From: a virus
Lineage: Duplodnaviria > Heunggongvirae > Uroviricota > Caudoviricetes
Virus record (IMG/VR): IMGVR_UViG_2529293223_000013
Length of the DNA: 34,720 nt
Direction: 5' to 3' (one strand)
Below, in pieces: positions 17,514 to 25,912 of the stretch; positions within the stretch are counted from its first letter, which is position 1; the number at the start of each line of letters is the position of its first letter. The notes beneath the pieces are model-generated. The model saw nothing but the letters and a program-made list of their open reading frames with translations. It ran no database searches and was not told where the DNA came from. A program made the position numbers and the translations under genes.

Positions 17514-17793
17514 TCAGTAACCTCGTGATGGTTTTCTCGCGCTGTGCTTCACGCTTCGCGGCGTTCTCCAGTTCCTGACGCAGTGCCACCTGCGCCAGCT
17601 CGTTTTTGTCTGCCCTGGTGAGGGCAACATGAAGCTGATTTTTCAGCACGGTGATGGTCGTCTGCTGCCCGCTGGCGACGTTGTTCGCCCTGTCCAGCGA
17701 GGCGCGCAGGCTGGCATTTTTGTGTTTCACCAGAAACAGACCGGCCACCGCCAGTGATAACAACACGACCAGCACAATCATCAGCTTTGACAT
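17368..17793 (-). CDS. lysB: LysB, inner-membrane spanin (Rz-like)
   Basis: 141-aa ORF with an N-terminal transmembrane segment (IVLVVLLSLAVAGLFLV) and a coiled-coil periplasmic domain. P2 LysB size. Confidence 0.85.
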   Translation of the reverse strand: MSKLMIVLVVLLSLAVAGLFLVKHKNASLRASLDRANNVASGQQTTITVLKNQLHVALTRADKNELAQVALRQELENAAKREAQREKTITRLLNENEDFRRWYGADLPDAVRRLHQRPACTDASDCPQRLPESESLPDAGQ

Positions 17794-18206
17794 GGTTCCC
17801 GCCCCTCAAAACGCTGACGGCAGGCCGTACGTATCAGCCGGAAGAACACCGATGCCACGAGATAAATCAGCGCGGTAAAAATCCACCCGGCAGCGACCAG
17901 CGAGATAAACGTCGCCACCATCACTACCAGAGCCACTGACCGCCTGCGCCACGGCACCGGCTGCAAAAACAGCGCCGTGACAATCTTCACGGCCAGCGAT
18001 TCCGGCGGCAGCTCCCGCCCGTAGCGTTCCAGCACATACTCAGTGGCATACACGCCGACACCACCGGCAACCACACAGATAACCGTCGCCAGAATCGCCC
18101 AGGCGGCGACAAAACTGACGGCCACACTCTGCGGGTAAATCAGGGACAGTGCCAGCATCAGCGCCAGCGACACATTCAGCATCAGTGAAAGGGATAATTT
18201 CTTCAT
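17781..18206 (-). CDS. lysA: LysA, lysis timing membrane protein
   Basis: 141-aa ORF with multiple hydrophobic helices. P2 LysA size and position. Confidence 0.8.
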   Translation of the reverse strand: MKKLSLSLMLNVSLALMLALSLIYPQSVAVSFVAAWAILATVICVVAGGVGVYATEYVLERYGRELPPESLAVKIVTALFLQPVPWRRRSVALVVMVATFISLVAAGWIFTALIYLVASVFFRLIRTACRQRFEGREPCQS

Positions 18207-18220
18207 GGTGTTTACTCCGT

Positions 18221-18718
18221 TTAAGCCGGTACGCCGCCAGCGGTACGCCAGACGGTGACCAGTTTTTCCAGTGAATGCTCACGCTGACCGTAACCGGCAC
18301 CCGGCAGGGACGCCCAGATATTGCGACAGCGTGAAATGGCGCGCTCAATGCGTCCCGCCCGGATGTCATCCAGTGCACCGCGTTCGCGGATCAACTGAAT
18401 GGCGAGTCTGTCCTGTGACAACGGACTGAAATCCGGCAGGGCAAGCTGTTTGCGGTAGTGCGGCCAGAACAGGTAAAGCTGCTGATAGCGACCGGAGGCC
18501 GTGGACTTTTCACCGCGACGGTTAAACACCTTCGCCGGTCGGCCATGCGCGAACGGGTGGTCACTGTAGTCGGTGAAAATTTCCGGCTTCCCGTCCAGTC
18601 CGGTGACTATCACGTCATAGCCCCGGTTTTTCGTCAGCGGATGATTTGCCGTCCCTTCGGACACCGCCAGCATGTCGAGAAAGGCGGCGATATTCTGATG
18701 CGTGTTAATTACCGGCAT
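18221..18718 (-). CDS. K: Endolysin (P2 gpK, lysozyme-like)
   Basis: 165-aa ORF, P2 gpK size, between holin Y and lysA. Confidence 0.85.
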   Translation of the reverse strand: MPVINTHQNIAAFLDMLAVSEGTANHPLTKNRGYDVIVTGLDGKPEIFTDYSDHPFAHGRPAKVFNRRGEKSTASGRYQQLYLFWPHYRKQLALPDFSPLSQDRLAIQLIRERGALDDIRAGRIERAISRCRNIWASLPGAGYGQREHSLEKLVTVWRTAGGVPA

Positions 18719-18999
18719 TACTGTTTCCCCCTGCCCTTAAAGCGGCGCTGAATGGCAATCTCAATCACCTGATAACCGGCGATACCCAGCATGGAGCCGA
18801 TGCCGCACACCGCAGGCAGTGACAGGTCAGGAAACTGCACCAGAACAACACCGGCAACCATCGAGACAAAACCACCGAGCAACATGCGCCCGATAAACAG
18901 ACGCGGGGTGATGGGTTCACCACCGGCAAGCACCTTGCCGACAACAATCAGCACCCCAATCATGAAAAGCGACAGGACGCTTTTTTCTTCTGCTGTCAT
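18718..18999 (-). CDS. Y: Holin (P2 gpY)
   Basis: 93-aa ORF with hydrophobic transmembrane segments. P2 gpY size and position. Confidence 0.85.
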   Translation of the reverse strand: MTAEEKSVLSLFMIGVLIVVGKVLAGGEPITPRLFIGRMLLGGFVSMVAGVVLVQFPDLSLPAVCGIGSMLGIAGYQVIEIAIQRRFKGRGKQ

Positions 19000-19002
19000 G
19001 CG

Positions 19003-19206
19003 TTACTCCCACAGATTGACAGTTTCAGCCACGGGCGCGGTCTGAACGTCGGGCAGTTCGACGGCGGTGCCGTGCGGCAGCACCGCACCCAGTTCAGCCA
19101 GTCCCGGATTTGCGGCGAGCACGGCTTCGACCACGCCCTCAGTGCGCCCGTAATACCGGACACAAATGGCGTCGAGCGTGTCGCCCTGTAGCGCAAAGGT
19201 CTTCAT
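19003..19206 (-). CDS. X: Tail protein X (P2 gpX)
   Basis: From the internal Met (MKTFALQGDTLDAICVRYYGRTEGVV...) the ORF is 67 aa, matching P2 gpX. The track ORF 19003..19275 carries a spurious N-terminal extension. Confidence 0.8.
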   Translation of the reverse strand: MKTFALQGDTLDAICVRYYGRTEGVVEAVLAANPGLAELGAVLPHGTAVELPDVQTAPVAETVNLWE

Positions 19207-19715
19207 CAGATTTGACTCACGATGCAGCGCGGTTTGTCCTGGATACGCGCCACCGCCCAGCGCATATCCCGCCACAGCTCATCAATGGTGCTGTCAATGC
19301 TGTCAGCCTTCTTGTCACCTTTCGCACTGGCATCCACGCCGCGATAACGCTCATAAAGCGACGCGGTCGCCATCGCACACACGGCGCGCTCGTAGTAAAA
19401 AACTTTGATGCTTTCACCGTCGATGTCGTCCGCCGGGACGTCCGCCAGACGCGTAAAACCGGCGGCAATTTTCTGTTCACGGTACTCGTACAGCTCCGCA
19501 TTCGTCTCCGCCATGCCTGACTTGATGGCCTCACGCAGACGGGCGGGGGCGACGGTCTGCTCAAGGCGCATACGTTCCCGGACGCGCTTCGGGTCGATAT
19601 CGGGAAAAAAGAACGTGTTTTTAATCACCGGCTCGTCGCCTGCCGGTTGCGGGATGACCACCGTACCCTCACCGGACACGGGAGCCTCCTTTCGCGGAAT
19701 AATCAGCGTCATCAT
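19206..19715 (-). CDS. L: Capsid completion protein (P2 gpL)
   Basis: From MMTLIIPRKEAPVSGEG... the ORF is 169 aa, matching P2 gpL. The track ORF 19206..19775 has an N-terminal extension. Confidence 0.85.
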   Translation of the reverse strand: MMTLIIPRKEAPVSGEGTVVIPQPAGDEPVIKNTFFFPDIDPKRVRERMRLEQTVAPARLREAIKSGMAETNAELYEYREQKIAAGFTRLADVPADDIDGESIKVFYYERAVCAMATASLYERYRGVDASAKGDKKADSIDSTIDELWRDMRWAVARIQDKPRCIVSQI

Positions 19716-19814
19716 GACTACCTCTGAAAAGTCGGGCGGTGGACGCCGGTACAGTGTCAGGTGATTCACCCACACTGACCGGCGTGCCGCCCTGGCGCGG
19801 GGCGCATTCGGTTG

Positions 19815-20558
19815 TTAACTGGCTTTCTTTTTCGGGCGTCCACGTTTTGCCGGGGTCGCACTCCGGGTCTTACGCGGGGCGCGAGTGGCCGCTTTGGGCT
19901 GCGGCTCCGGCTTCGGTTTCAGCTCCCGCTCCAGTCGTTCAATCTCTTTTTTGACGCCTGCCTGACAGTCGAGCTGTGTCGCACGTTGCAGGTGAGCCAG
20001 CGCACCGGCGGCATCACCAGCGTCACGCAGAAACAGACCGGTGATTTTGTGCAGCTTTGCGCGCACTTCATCAGGCATGTCTGCCGTGGCAGTCAGTTCA
20101 AGGGTCTCCGTCAGCAGGCGGGTATCCACAGACTCACCGGCAGCGTGAGCACGCATGGCCGCAAGCGCCACCTCCTCGGTGAACATGTACGGCGGGGTGC
20201 GGCGGTGTTTCCCCGGCATGGTCAGACCGTACTTCAAGGCATAACGGGCAATCTCCAGCGCACCGGCAATATCGCCGGTATCCAGACGCCACAGCATGAC
20301 CGTCATCAGAATGTCATCCTGTGCACCTTTGCCCTGCTCCAGCACGCCGTTCACCCACGGCAACCAGAACGGCAGCAGTTCGCGTTTTTTCGCGGCCTTC
20401 AGCTCTTTTGAATAAATCGCTTTCAGTGTGCGCTGGTCTGCGGCCAGCTTGACCAGCATCTGCTCATAGACAGTTGCATGTCGCAACGGGGCGGCTTCCC
20501 GCTGCGCGGTCATCGCTGCCGAGACCCGCATCATGTGGCGCTGTGCGGGACTCGTCAT
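19815..20558 (-). CDS. M: Terminase small (endonuclease) subunit (P2 gpM)
   Basis: 247-aa ORF, P2 gpM size, basic Lys/Arg-rich C-terminus, between N and L. Confidence 0.85.
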   Translation of the reverse strand: MTSPAQRHMMRVSAAMTAQREAAPLRHATVYEQMLVKLAADQRTLKAIYSKELKAAKKRELLPFWLPWVNGVLEQGKGAQDDILMTVMLWRLDTGDIAGALEIARYALKYGLTMPGKHRRTPPYMFTEEVALAAMRAHAAGESVDTRLLTETLELTATADMPDEVRAKLHKITGLFLRDAGDAAGALAHLQRATQLDCQAGVKKEIERLERELKPKPEPQPKAATRAPRKTRSATPAKRGRPKKKAS

Positions 20559-20561
20559 CGG

Positions 20562-21635
20562 TTACGCTCCCGGCTCTGCGGTCGCCTTAGCCGGTGTGGA
20601 GAAATCACCGACCTTAATTTTTTCCACCAGACAACCGGCGGCGTAGTCCTCCACCACGTAATCAATATTCATTGACTCGTAGTTCTCCACGCGGTCGAGT
20701 TTCGGGTTTTCCTCAATCACGCGGCGATGGCTGTCATCCATGTAGTAGATGGACAGGTTTTCCAGCTTCGTGATGAGCATCGCATCTGCCGGGAAGTACG
20801 GGACGCGCACCGCCGGCAGGTTACCGATGCGTTTCTGGCTGATGATGACGTCAGCGGCCAGCATTTCGCTGTTGTCCTGCTCCTTGTTGACGATGGGGAA
20901 ATACTTGTCCGCCAGTAGCTGACGCCCCACAATCACCACAAGGTCAGGGTCTTCCTGATACCACGGTTCAATCAGGTTGTTGGTCGCATCCATCACCAGT
21001 GCATCAAGGCTGGCATAATCACCGCCCTTGCCCACGCGGATAACCTCAGAGGTGGTGTGGCCTTCCTCGTCAGTGACCTTGCTCATCACGCGCGCCGGGG
21101 CTTCATTGCGGTATTTCTGCAGCCAGCCGACCGCCACATCCTGCAACATCGGATTGCTGCTGTGGTCAGAGGTTTCGGCACGCTTCACGCCGTTAAAACC
21201 GGCCATGATTAAATCAAGGGACTGGCGTTTGATAATGGCGTTACGGACACGGAGCTGGAAATCCTGATAACGCGCCCACAGGTCAAGCGTTTTGTAGCGG
21301 ATATAAAAATCGAAGTTAATCTGGTCGCATTCGTACTTGTTTGACGCCAGCTTCGAGAAGTCCTTCGGCTGACGCTCGGTGCCACCGGCGGTGTCGGTGG
21401 TGCTGGCGATGGAGCCGGTGACACCAATACCAATTTTTTCCCCTTTCATTTCGCTGACCGGCACAATGTTGATGCGGGTCAGAAAGTCAGAGGACTCCTG
21501 CATGGTGTTCATCAGGGTCTGGGTGACCGAAGGTTCAACGGTGAATTTTTTCGACACATCACCGGCGTCGATGCCGTTCAGTTCGGCAACACGGGACAGG
21601 TAGGCATTAAATTTAAAGCGGGTTTCCTGGCGCAT
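20562..21635 (-). CDS. N: Major capsid protein (P2 gpN)
   Basis: 357-aa ORF, P2 gpN size and position. Confidence 0.9.
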   Translation of the reverse strand: MRQETRFKFNAYLSRVAELNGIDAGDVSKKFTVEPSVTQTLMNTMQESSDFLTRINIVPVSEMKGEKIGIGVTGSIASTTDTAGGTERQPKDFSKLASNKYECDQINFDFYIRYKTLDLWARYQDFQLRVRNAIIKRQSLDLIMAGFNGVKRAETSDHSSNPMLQDVAVGWLQKYRNEAPARVMSKVTDEEGHTTSEVIRVGKGGDYASLDALVMDATNNLIEPWYQEDPDLVVIVGRQLLADKYFPIVNKEQDNSEMLAADVIISQKRIGNLPAVRVPYFPADAMLITKLENLSIYYMDDSHRRVIEENPKLDRVENYESMNIDYVVEDYAAGCLVEKIKVGDFSTPAKATAEPGA

Positions 21636-21693
21636 AGTTTTTCCTGAAATTAAGGGTTAATCGTGAAGGTTTTCCCGGACTGACTGACGCCGG

Positions 21694-22548
21694 TCAGCAG
21701 TTCGTCATCAGGGCGTCACCGCCACCACCGGTGGCCTTGCTGCGGCGCTGCTGGGTCAGACTTTCGGTGTGGTCGAGACTGTTTTTCAGGCGGGTGAATG
21801 CCTGGCTGGTTTCATCCGCCCTGTCAGTCACCTCCTGCTTAAGTGCGGAAAAGGCGGTTTCCATCTCAGCAAGGCGCTGCTCAGTGGCGCTCAGTTTTTC
21901 CTGCACATGCTCAGCGACAGCGGTCACCGCTTCATGCACGTCATTCAGACGGGCGTCATCGCTGGCCTGTTTGCGGCCAAAAATGGATTTCACCTTTTCG
22001 GTCAGGGCGGTGAACACGGTTTCAGGCAGGTCTTCAAATTCCAGCTCAACAGGCGTTGCCACTGAAATCAGGTTTTCAGGGCTTAATTTGAAGCGGTTCA
22101 GGGGGTTGTGTTTTGCCGTGCGGCAGAATTCCAGGTATTCCGTGCCGAGGCTTGCCGGGTCATCGGTGACGGCCAGACCTACCAGATAACATTTGCCGGT
22201 ATTGGCAAAGTTCGGCTCAATTTCCATTGAGGTATAGACCTTCTGCGCGGCCTTGTTCATCGCGATAAGGTCATCGGTCGGGGTGATTTTCGCAAACAGC
22301 GCCCATTTGCCTTTCAGCGCCGAATCATCGTCAATCTTTTCGGCCTTCAGTTCGACCACATCGCCATAACGCTTAAAAATACCGTCAGGCAGGATGCCGC
22401 GCAGATGTTCCAGGTTAATGCGGCAACCATAGACTCGCGGGTCAAAGGTTTCGGCCATTTCCTGAATATCCTGCGCACTGATGACACGCCCGTCACAGGT
22501 GTCACCCTCAACGCCGATACGAAAGAATTTTGAGACTTTTTTTGCCAT
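21694..22548 (-). CDS. O: Capsid scaffolding protein/protease (P2 gpO)
   Basis: From MAKKVSKFFRIGVEGDTCDGRVISAQDIQEMAETFDP... the ORF is 284 aa, matching P2 gpO. The track ORF 21694..22614 has a 22-codon extension. Confidence 0.85.
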   Translation of the reverse strand: MAKKVSKFFRIGVEGDTCDGRVISAQDIQEMAETFDPRVYGCRINLEHLRGILPDGIFKRYGDVVELKAEKIDDDSALKGKWALFAKITPTDDLIAMNKAAQKVYTSMEIEPNFANTGKCYLVGLAVTDDPASLGTEYLEFCRTAKHNPLNRFKLSPENLISVATPVELEFEDLPETVFTALTEKVKSIFGRKQASDDARLNDVHEAVTAVAEHVQEKLSATEQRLAEMETAFSALKQEVTDRADETSQAFTRLKNSLDHTESLTQQRRSKATGGGGDALMTNC

Positions 22549-22721
22549 TGTCAGGAGTCCTGAATAGTGATTAGAGGAGTCACATGTCGGCATCAGTTTC
22601 CCGACGATGCGCATCCTCCGCCATCAGTCCCGGATGGCTTATCACTGACACAACAGCACCTTAGCGAATCGCGGGGCGCGACTCAGTAGCCTTGCCGTGT
22701 ATTCATCACGGCGAGGTATTC

Positions 22722-24494
22722 ATGACCATCACCACAGACACCACTCTTTTACACGACCCGCGTCGTCAGGCGGCGCTGCTGTACTGGCAGGGGTTTTCCG
22801 TGCCGCAGATTGCCGCCATGTTGCAGATGAAACGCCCGACGGTGCAGAGCTGGAAACAGCGCGACGGCTGGGACAGCGTTGCCCCCATCAGCCGTGTCGA
22901 AATGAGTCTGGAAGCGCGGCTGACCCAGCTCATCATCAAACCGCAGAAAACCGGCGGTGACTTCAAGGAAATTGACCTGCTGGGACGCCAGATTGAACGA
23001 CTGGCACGGGTCAACCGCTACAGCCAGACCGGCAACGAGGCAGACCTTAATCCGAACGTCGCTAACCGCAACAAAGGCGGGCGGCGCAAACCGAAAAAGA
23101 ATTTTTTCAGTGACGAGGCCATCGAAAAGCTGGAGCAGATTTTCTTTGAGCAGTCTTTCGACTATCAGTTGCACTGGTATCGTGCCGGGCTTGAGCACCG
23201 CATCCGCGATATCCTGAAATCCCGCCAGATTGGCGCGACGTTTTATTTTTCCCGCGAGGCGCTGCTGCGCGCCCTGAAAACCGGCCATAACCAGATTTTT
23301 CTGTCGGCCAGTAAAACGCAGGCGTATGTGTTCCGCGAATACATCATCGCCTTTGCCCGGCTGGTTGACGTTGACCTGACCGGTGACCCGATTGTCCTGG
23401 GCAATAACGGCGCAAAACTGATTTTTCTCGGCACCAACTCCAACACCACACAGAGCCATAACGGCGACCTGTACGTCGATGAGATTTTCTGGATCCCGAA
23501 TTTTCAGGTACTGCGTAAGGTGGCATCAGGTATGGCCTCACAGAGTCACCTGCGCTCGACCTATTTCTCCACCCCGTCCACGCTGGCGCACGACGCCTAC
23601 CCGTTCTGGTCAGGTGAACTGTTCAACCGGGGACGCGCCAGCGCCGCCGAACGCGTGGAAATCGACGTCAGTCATAACGCCCTTGCCGGAGGTCTTCTCT
23701 GTGCGGACGGCCAGTGGCGGCAGATTGTCACCATTGAGGACGCCCTGAAAGGCGGCTGCACATTGTTCGACATTGAGCAGCTCAAACGCGAAAACAGCGC
23801 CGACGATTTTAAAAACCTGTTCATGTGTGAATTTGTTGACGACAAGGCATCGGTGTTCCCGTTCGAGGAGCTGCAACGCTGCATGGTCGACACGCTGGAA
23901 GAATGGGAAGACTATGCACCGTTTGCCGCCAATCCGTTCGGCTCCCGCCCGGTATGGATTGGTTACGACCCGTCACACCGTGGCGACAGCGCCGGATGCG
24001 TGGTGCTGGCACCGCCGGTGGTGGCCGGTGGCAAATTCAGAATACTTGAGCGTCACCAGTGGAAAGGCATGGACTTTGCCACCCAGGCGGAATCCATCCG
24101 CAAACTCACCGAAAAATACAACGTCGAATACATCGGTATTGATGCCACCGGCCTCGGTGTCGGCGTGTTCCAGCTCGTACGCTCGTTCTATCCCGCCGCG
24201 CGCGATATCCGCTACACACCGGAAATGAAAACCGCAATGGTGCTCAAGGCAAAAGACGTTATCCGTCGTGGCTGTCTGGAATATGACGTCAGCGCCACCG
24301 ACATCACCAGCTCGTTTATGGCTATCCGCAAGACCATGACCAGCAGCGGACGCAGCGCCACCTATGAGGCCAGCCGCAGCGAGGAAGCCAGCCATGCCGA
24401 CCTCGCCTGGGCGACCATGCACGCCCTGTTAAATGAGCCACTCACCGCCGGTATCAGCACCCCGCTGACATCCACCATTCTGGAGTTTTACTGA
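22722..24494 (+). CDS. P: Terminase large (ATPase) subunit (P2 gpP)
   Basis: From MTITTDTTLLHDPRRQAALLYWQGFSVPQIAAMLQMKRPTVQSW... the ORF is 590 aa, matching P2 gpP. Divergent from O as in P2. Confidence 0.9.
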   Translation: MTITTDTTLLHDPRRQAALLYWQGFSVPQIAAMLQMKRPTVQSWKQRDGWDSVAPISRVEMSLEARLTQLIIKPQKTGGDFKEIDLLGRQIERLARVNRYSQTGNEADLNPNVANRNKGGRRKPKKNFFSDEAIEKLEQIFFEQSFDYQLHWYRAGLEHRIRDILKSRQIGATFYFSREALLRALKTGHNQIFLSASKTQAYVFREYIIAFARLVDVDLTGDPIVLGNNGAKLIFLGTNSNTTQSHNGDLYVDEIFWIPNFQVLRKVASGMASQSHLRSTYFSTPSTLAHDAYPFWSGELFNRGRASAAERVEIDVSHNALAGGLLCADGQWRQIVTIEDALKGGCTLFDIEQLKRENSADDFKNLFMCEFVDDKASVFPFEELQRCMVDTLEEWEDYAPFAANPFGSRPVWIGYDPSHRGDSAGCVVLAPPVVAGGKFRILERHQWKGMDFATQAESIRKLTEKYNVEYIGIDATGLGVGVFQLVRSFYPAARDIRYTPEMKTAMVLKAKDVIRRGCLEYDVSATDITSSFMAIRKTMTSSGRSATYEASRSEEASHADLAWATMHALLNEPLTAGISTPLTSTILEFY

Positions 24495-25528
24495 TGAGAA
24501 AGAAAAAAGGGAAAACACCGCAGCCAGCGGTGAAAACAATCACCGCCAGCGCCCCGAAAATGGAGGCATTCACCTTTGGCGAGCCGGTGCCGGTACTCGA
24601 CCGCCGTGACATTCTGGATTATGTCGAGTGCATCAGTAACGGCAGATGGTATGAGCCACCGGTCAGCTTTACCGGTCTGGCAAAAAGCCTGCGTGCTGCC
24701 GTGCATCACAGCTCACCGATTTACGTCAAACGCAATATTCTGGCTTCAACGTTTATTCCGCACCCGTGGCTTTCCCAGCAGGATTTCAGCCGCTTTGTGC
24801 TGGATTTTCTGGTGTTCGGTAATGCGTTTCTGGAAAAGCGCTACAGCACCACCGGTAAGGTCATCAGACTGGAAACCTCACCGGCAAAATATACCCGCCG
24901 TGGCGTGGAGGAGGATGTTTACTGGTGGGTGCCGTCCTTCAACGAGCCGACAGCCTTCGCGCCCGGCTCCGTGTTTCACCTGCTGGAGCCGGATATTAAT
25001 CAGGAGTTGTACGGCCTGCCGGAATATCTCAGCGCCCTTAATTCTGCCTGGCTGAATGAGTCGGCCACGCTGTTCCGCCGAAAGTATTACGAAAATGGCG
25101 CTCATGCCGGATACATCATGTACGTCACCGATGCCGTGCAGGATCGCAACGATATCGAAATGCTTCGCGAAAACATGGTTAAGTCGAAAGGCCGCAACAA
25201 CTTTAAAAATCTGTTTCTCTATGCCCCGCAGGGGAAAGCTGACGGCATTAAAATTATCCCGCTCAGTGAAGTGGCAACGAAGGACGATTTTTTTAATATC
25301 AAAAAAGCCAGCGCCGCTGACCTGCTGGACGCGCACCGTATCCCCTTTCAGTTGATGGGCGGCAAGCCGGAGAACGTCGGGTCACTGGGAGATATTGAGA
25401 AAGTGGCAAAGGTCTTTGTCCGCAATGAGCTTATCCCGTTACAGGACAGGATCCGCGAGATAAACGGCTGGCTCGGTCAGGAGGTCATCCGCTTTAAAAA
25501 CTACTCACTGGACACTGACAACGGCTGA
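24494..25528 (+). CDS. Q: Portal protein (P2 gpQ)
   Basis: 344-aa ORF, P2 gpQ size, last gene before cos. Confidence 0.9.
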   Translation: MRKKKGKTPQPAVKTITASAPKMEAFTFGEPVPVLDRRDILDYVECISNGRWYEPPVSFTGLAKSLRAAVHHSSPIYVKRNILASTFIPHPWLSQQDFSRFVLDFLVFGNAFLEKRYSTTGKVIRLETSPAKYTRRGVEEDVYWWVPSFNEPTAFAPGSVFHLLEPDINQELYGLPEYLSALNSAWLNESATLFRRKYYENGAHAGYIMYVTDAVQDRNDIEMLRENMVKSKGRNNFKNLFLYAPQGKADGIKIIPLSEVATKDDFFNIKKASAADLLDAHRIPFQLMGGKPENVGSLGDIEKVAKVFVRNELIPLQDRIREINGWLGQEVIRFKNYSLDTDNG

Positions 25529-25531
25529 ACA

Positions 25532-25556
25532 TCGCCGCCTGCGGGCGGCTTTTTTA
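25532..25556 (+). terminator. Rho-independent terminator after Q
   Basis: GC-rich hairpin GCCGCC-TGCG-GGCGGC followed by TTTTTT directly after the Q stop codon. Confidence 0.7.
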
Positions 25557-25607
25557 CACCCCGTCATCACGCCCTCACACACTCACCACCGCACAAAACA
25601 GCGCGCA

Positions 25608-25626
25608 GTGCTTTCCCCGCCTCGCC
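25608..25626. other. P2-type cos site (19-nt cohesive end sequence)
   Basis: gtgctttccccgcctcgcc is the reverse complement of GGCGAGGCGGGGAAAGCAC, which I recall as the P2 cohesive end. It sits between Q and the old-equivalent locus as expected for a P2 prophage. Confidence 0.75.
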
Positions 25627-25912
25627 CGCCCGCTTAATGGGGCGGTTTTAATGCACTTGCATGAATGGCCTAAAGTACGCCAGTTCTGACACTGCAAAGT
25701 TAGAAAATGCCTAACAGGTACATGCAAAATGATGCATCAAATGAATTCATACTGAAATAACCCCCAACCACATAGCTAAGCATCCACATCTTTACATATA
25801 ACTCACTAAATTCTCTTGAATAAATCAAAAAGTTAGGTTAGATCTCTATCGTTGAGGAAGGCAACCTCGAACACTTAAGGCTAAATATAAAAAGAATAAA
25901 AAGAGGGATAAA

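Noticed and set aside
22749-23459. 236-aa minus-strand ORF inside terminase gene P
   Set aside because: Antisense to the P2 gpP coding sequence, with no independent start or RBS context; a shadow ORF.
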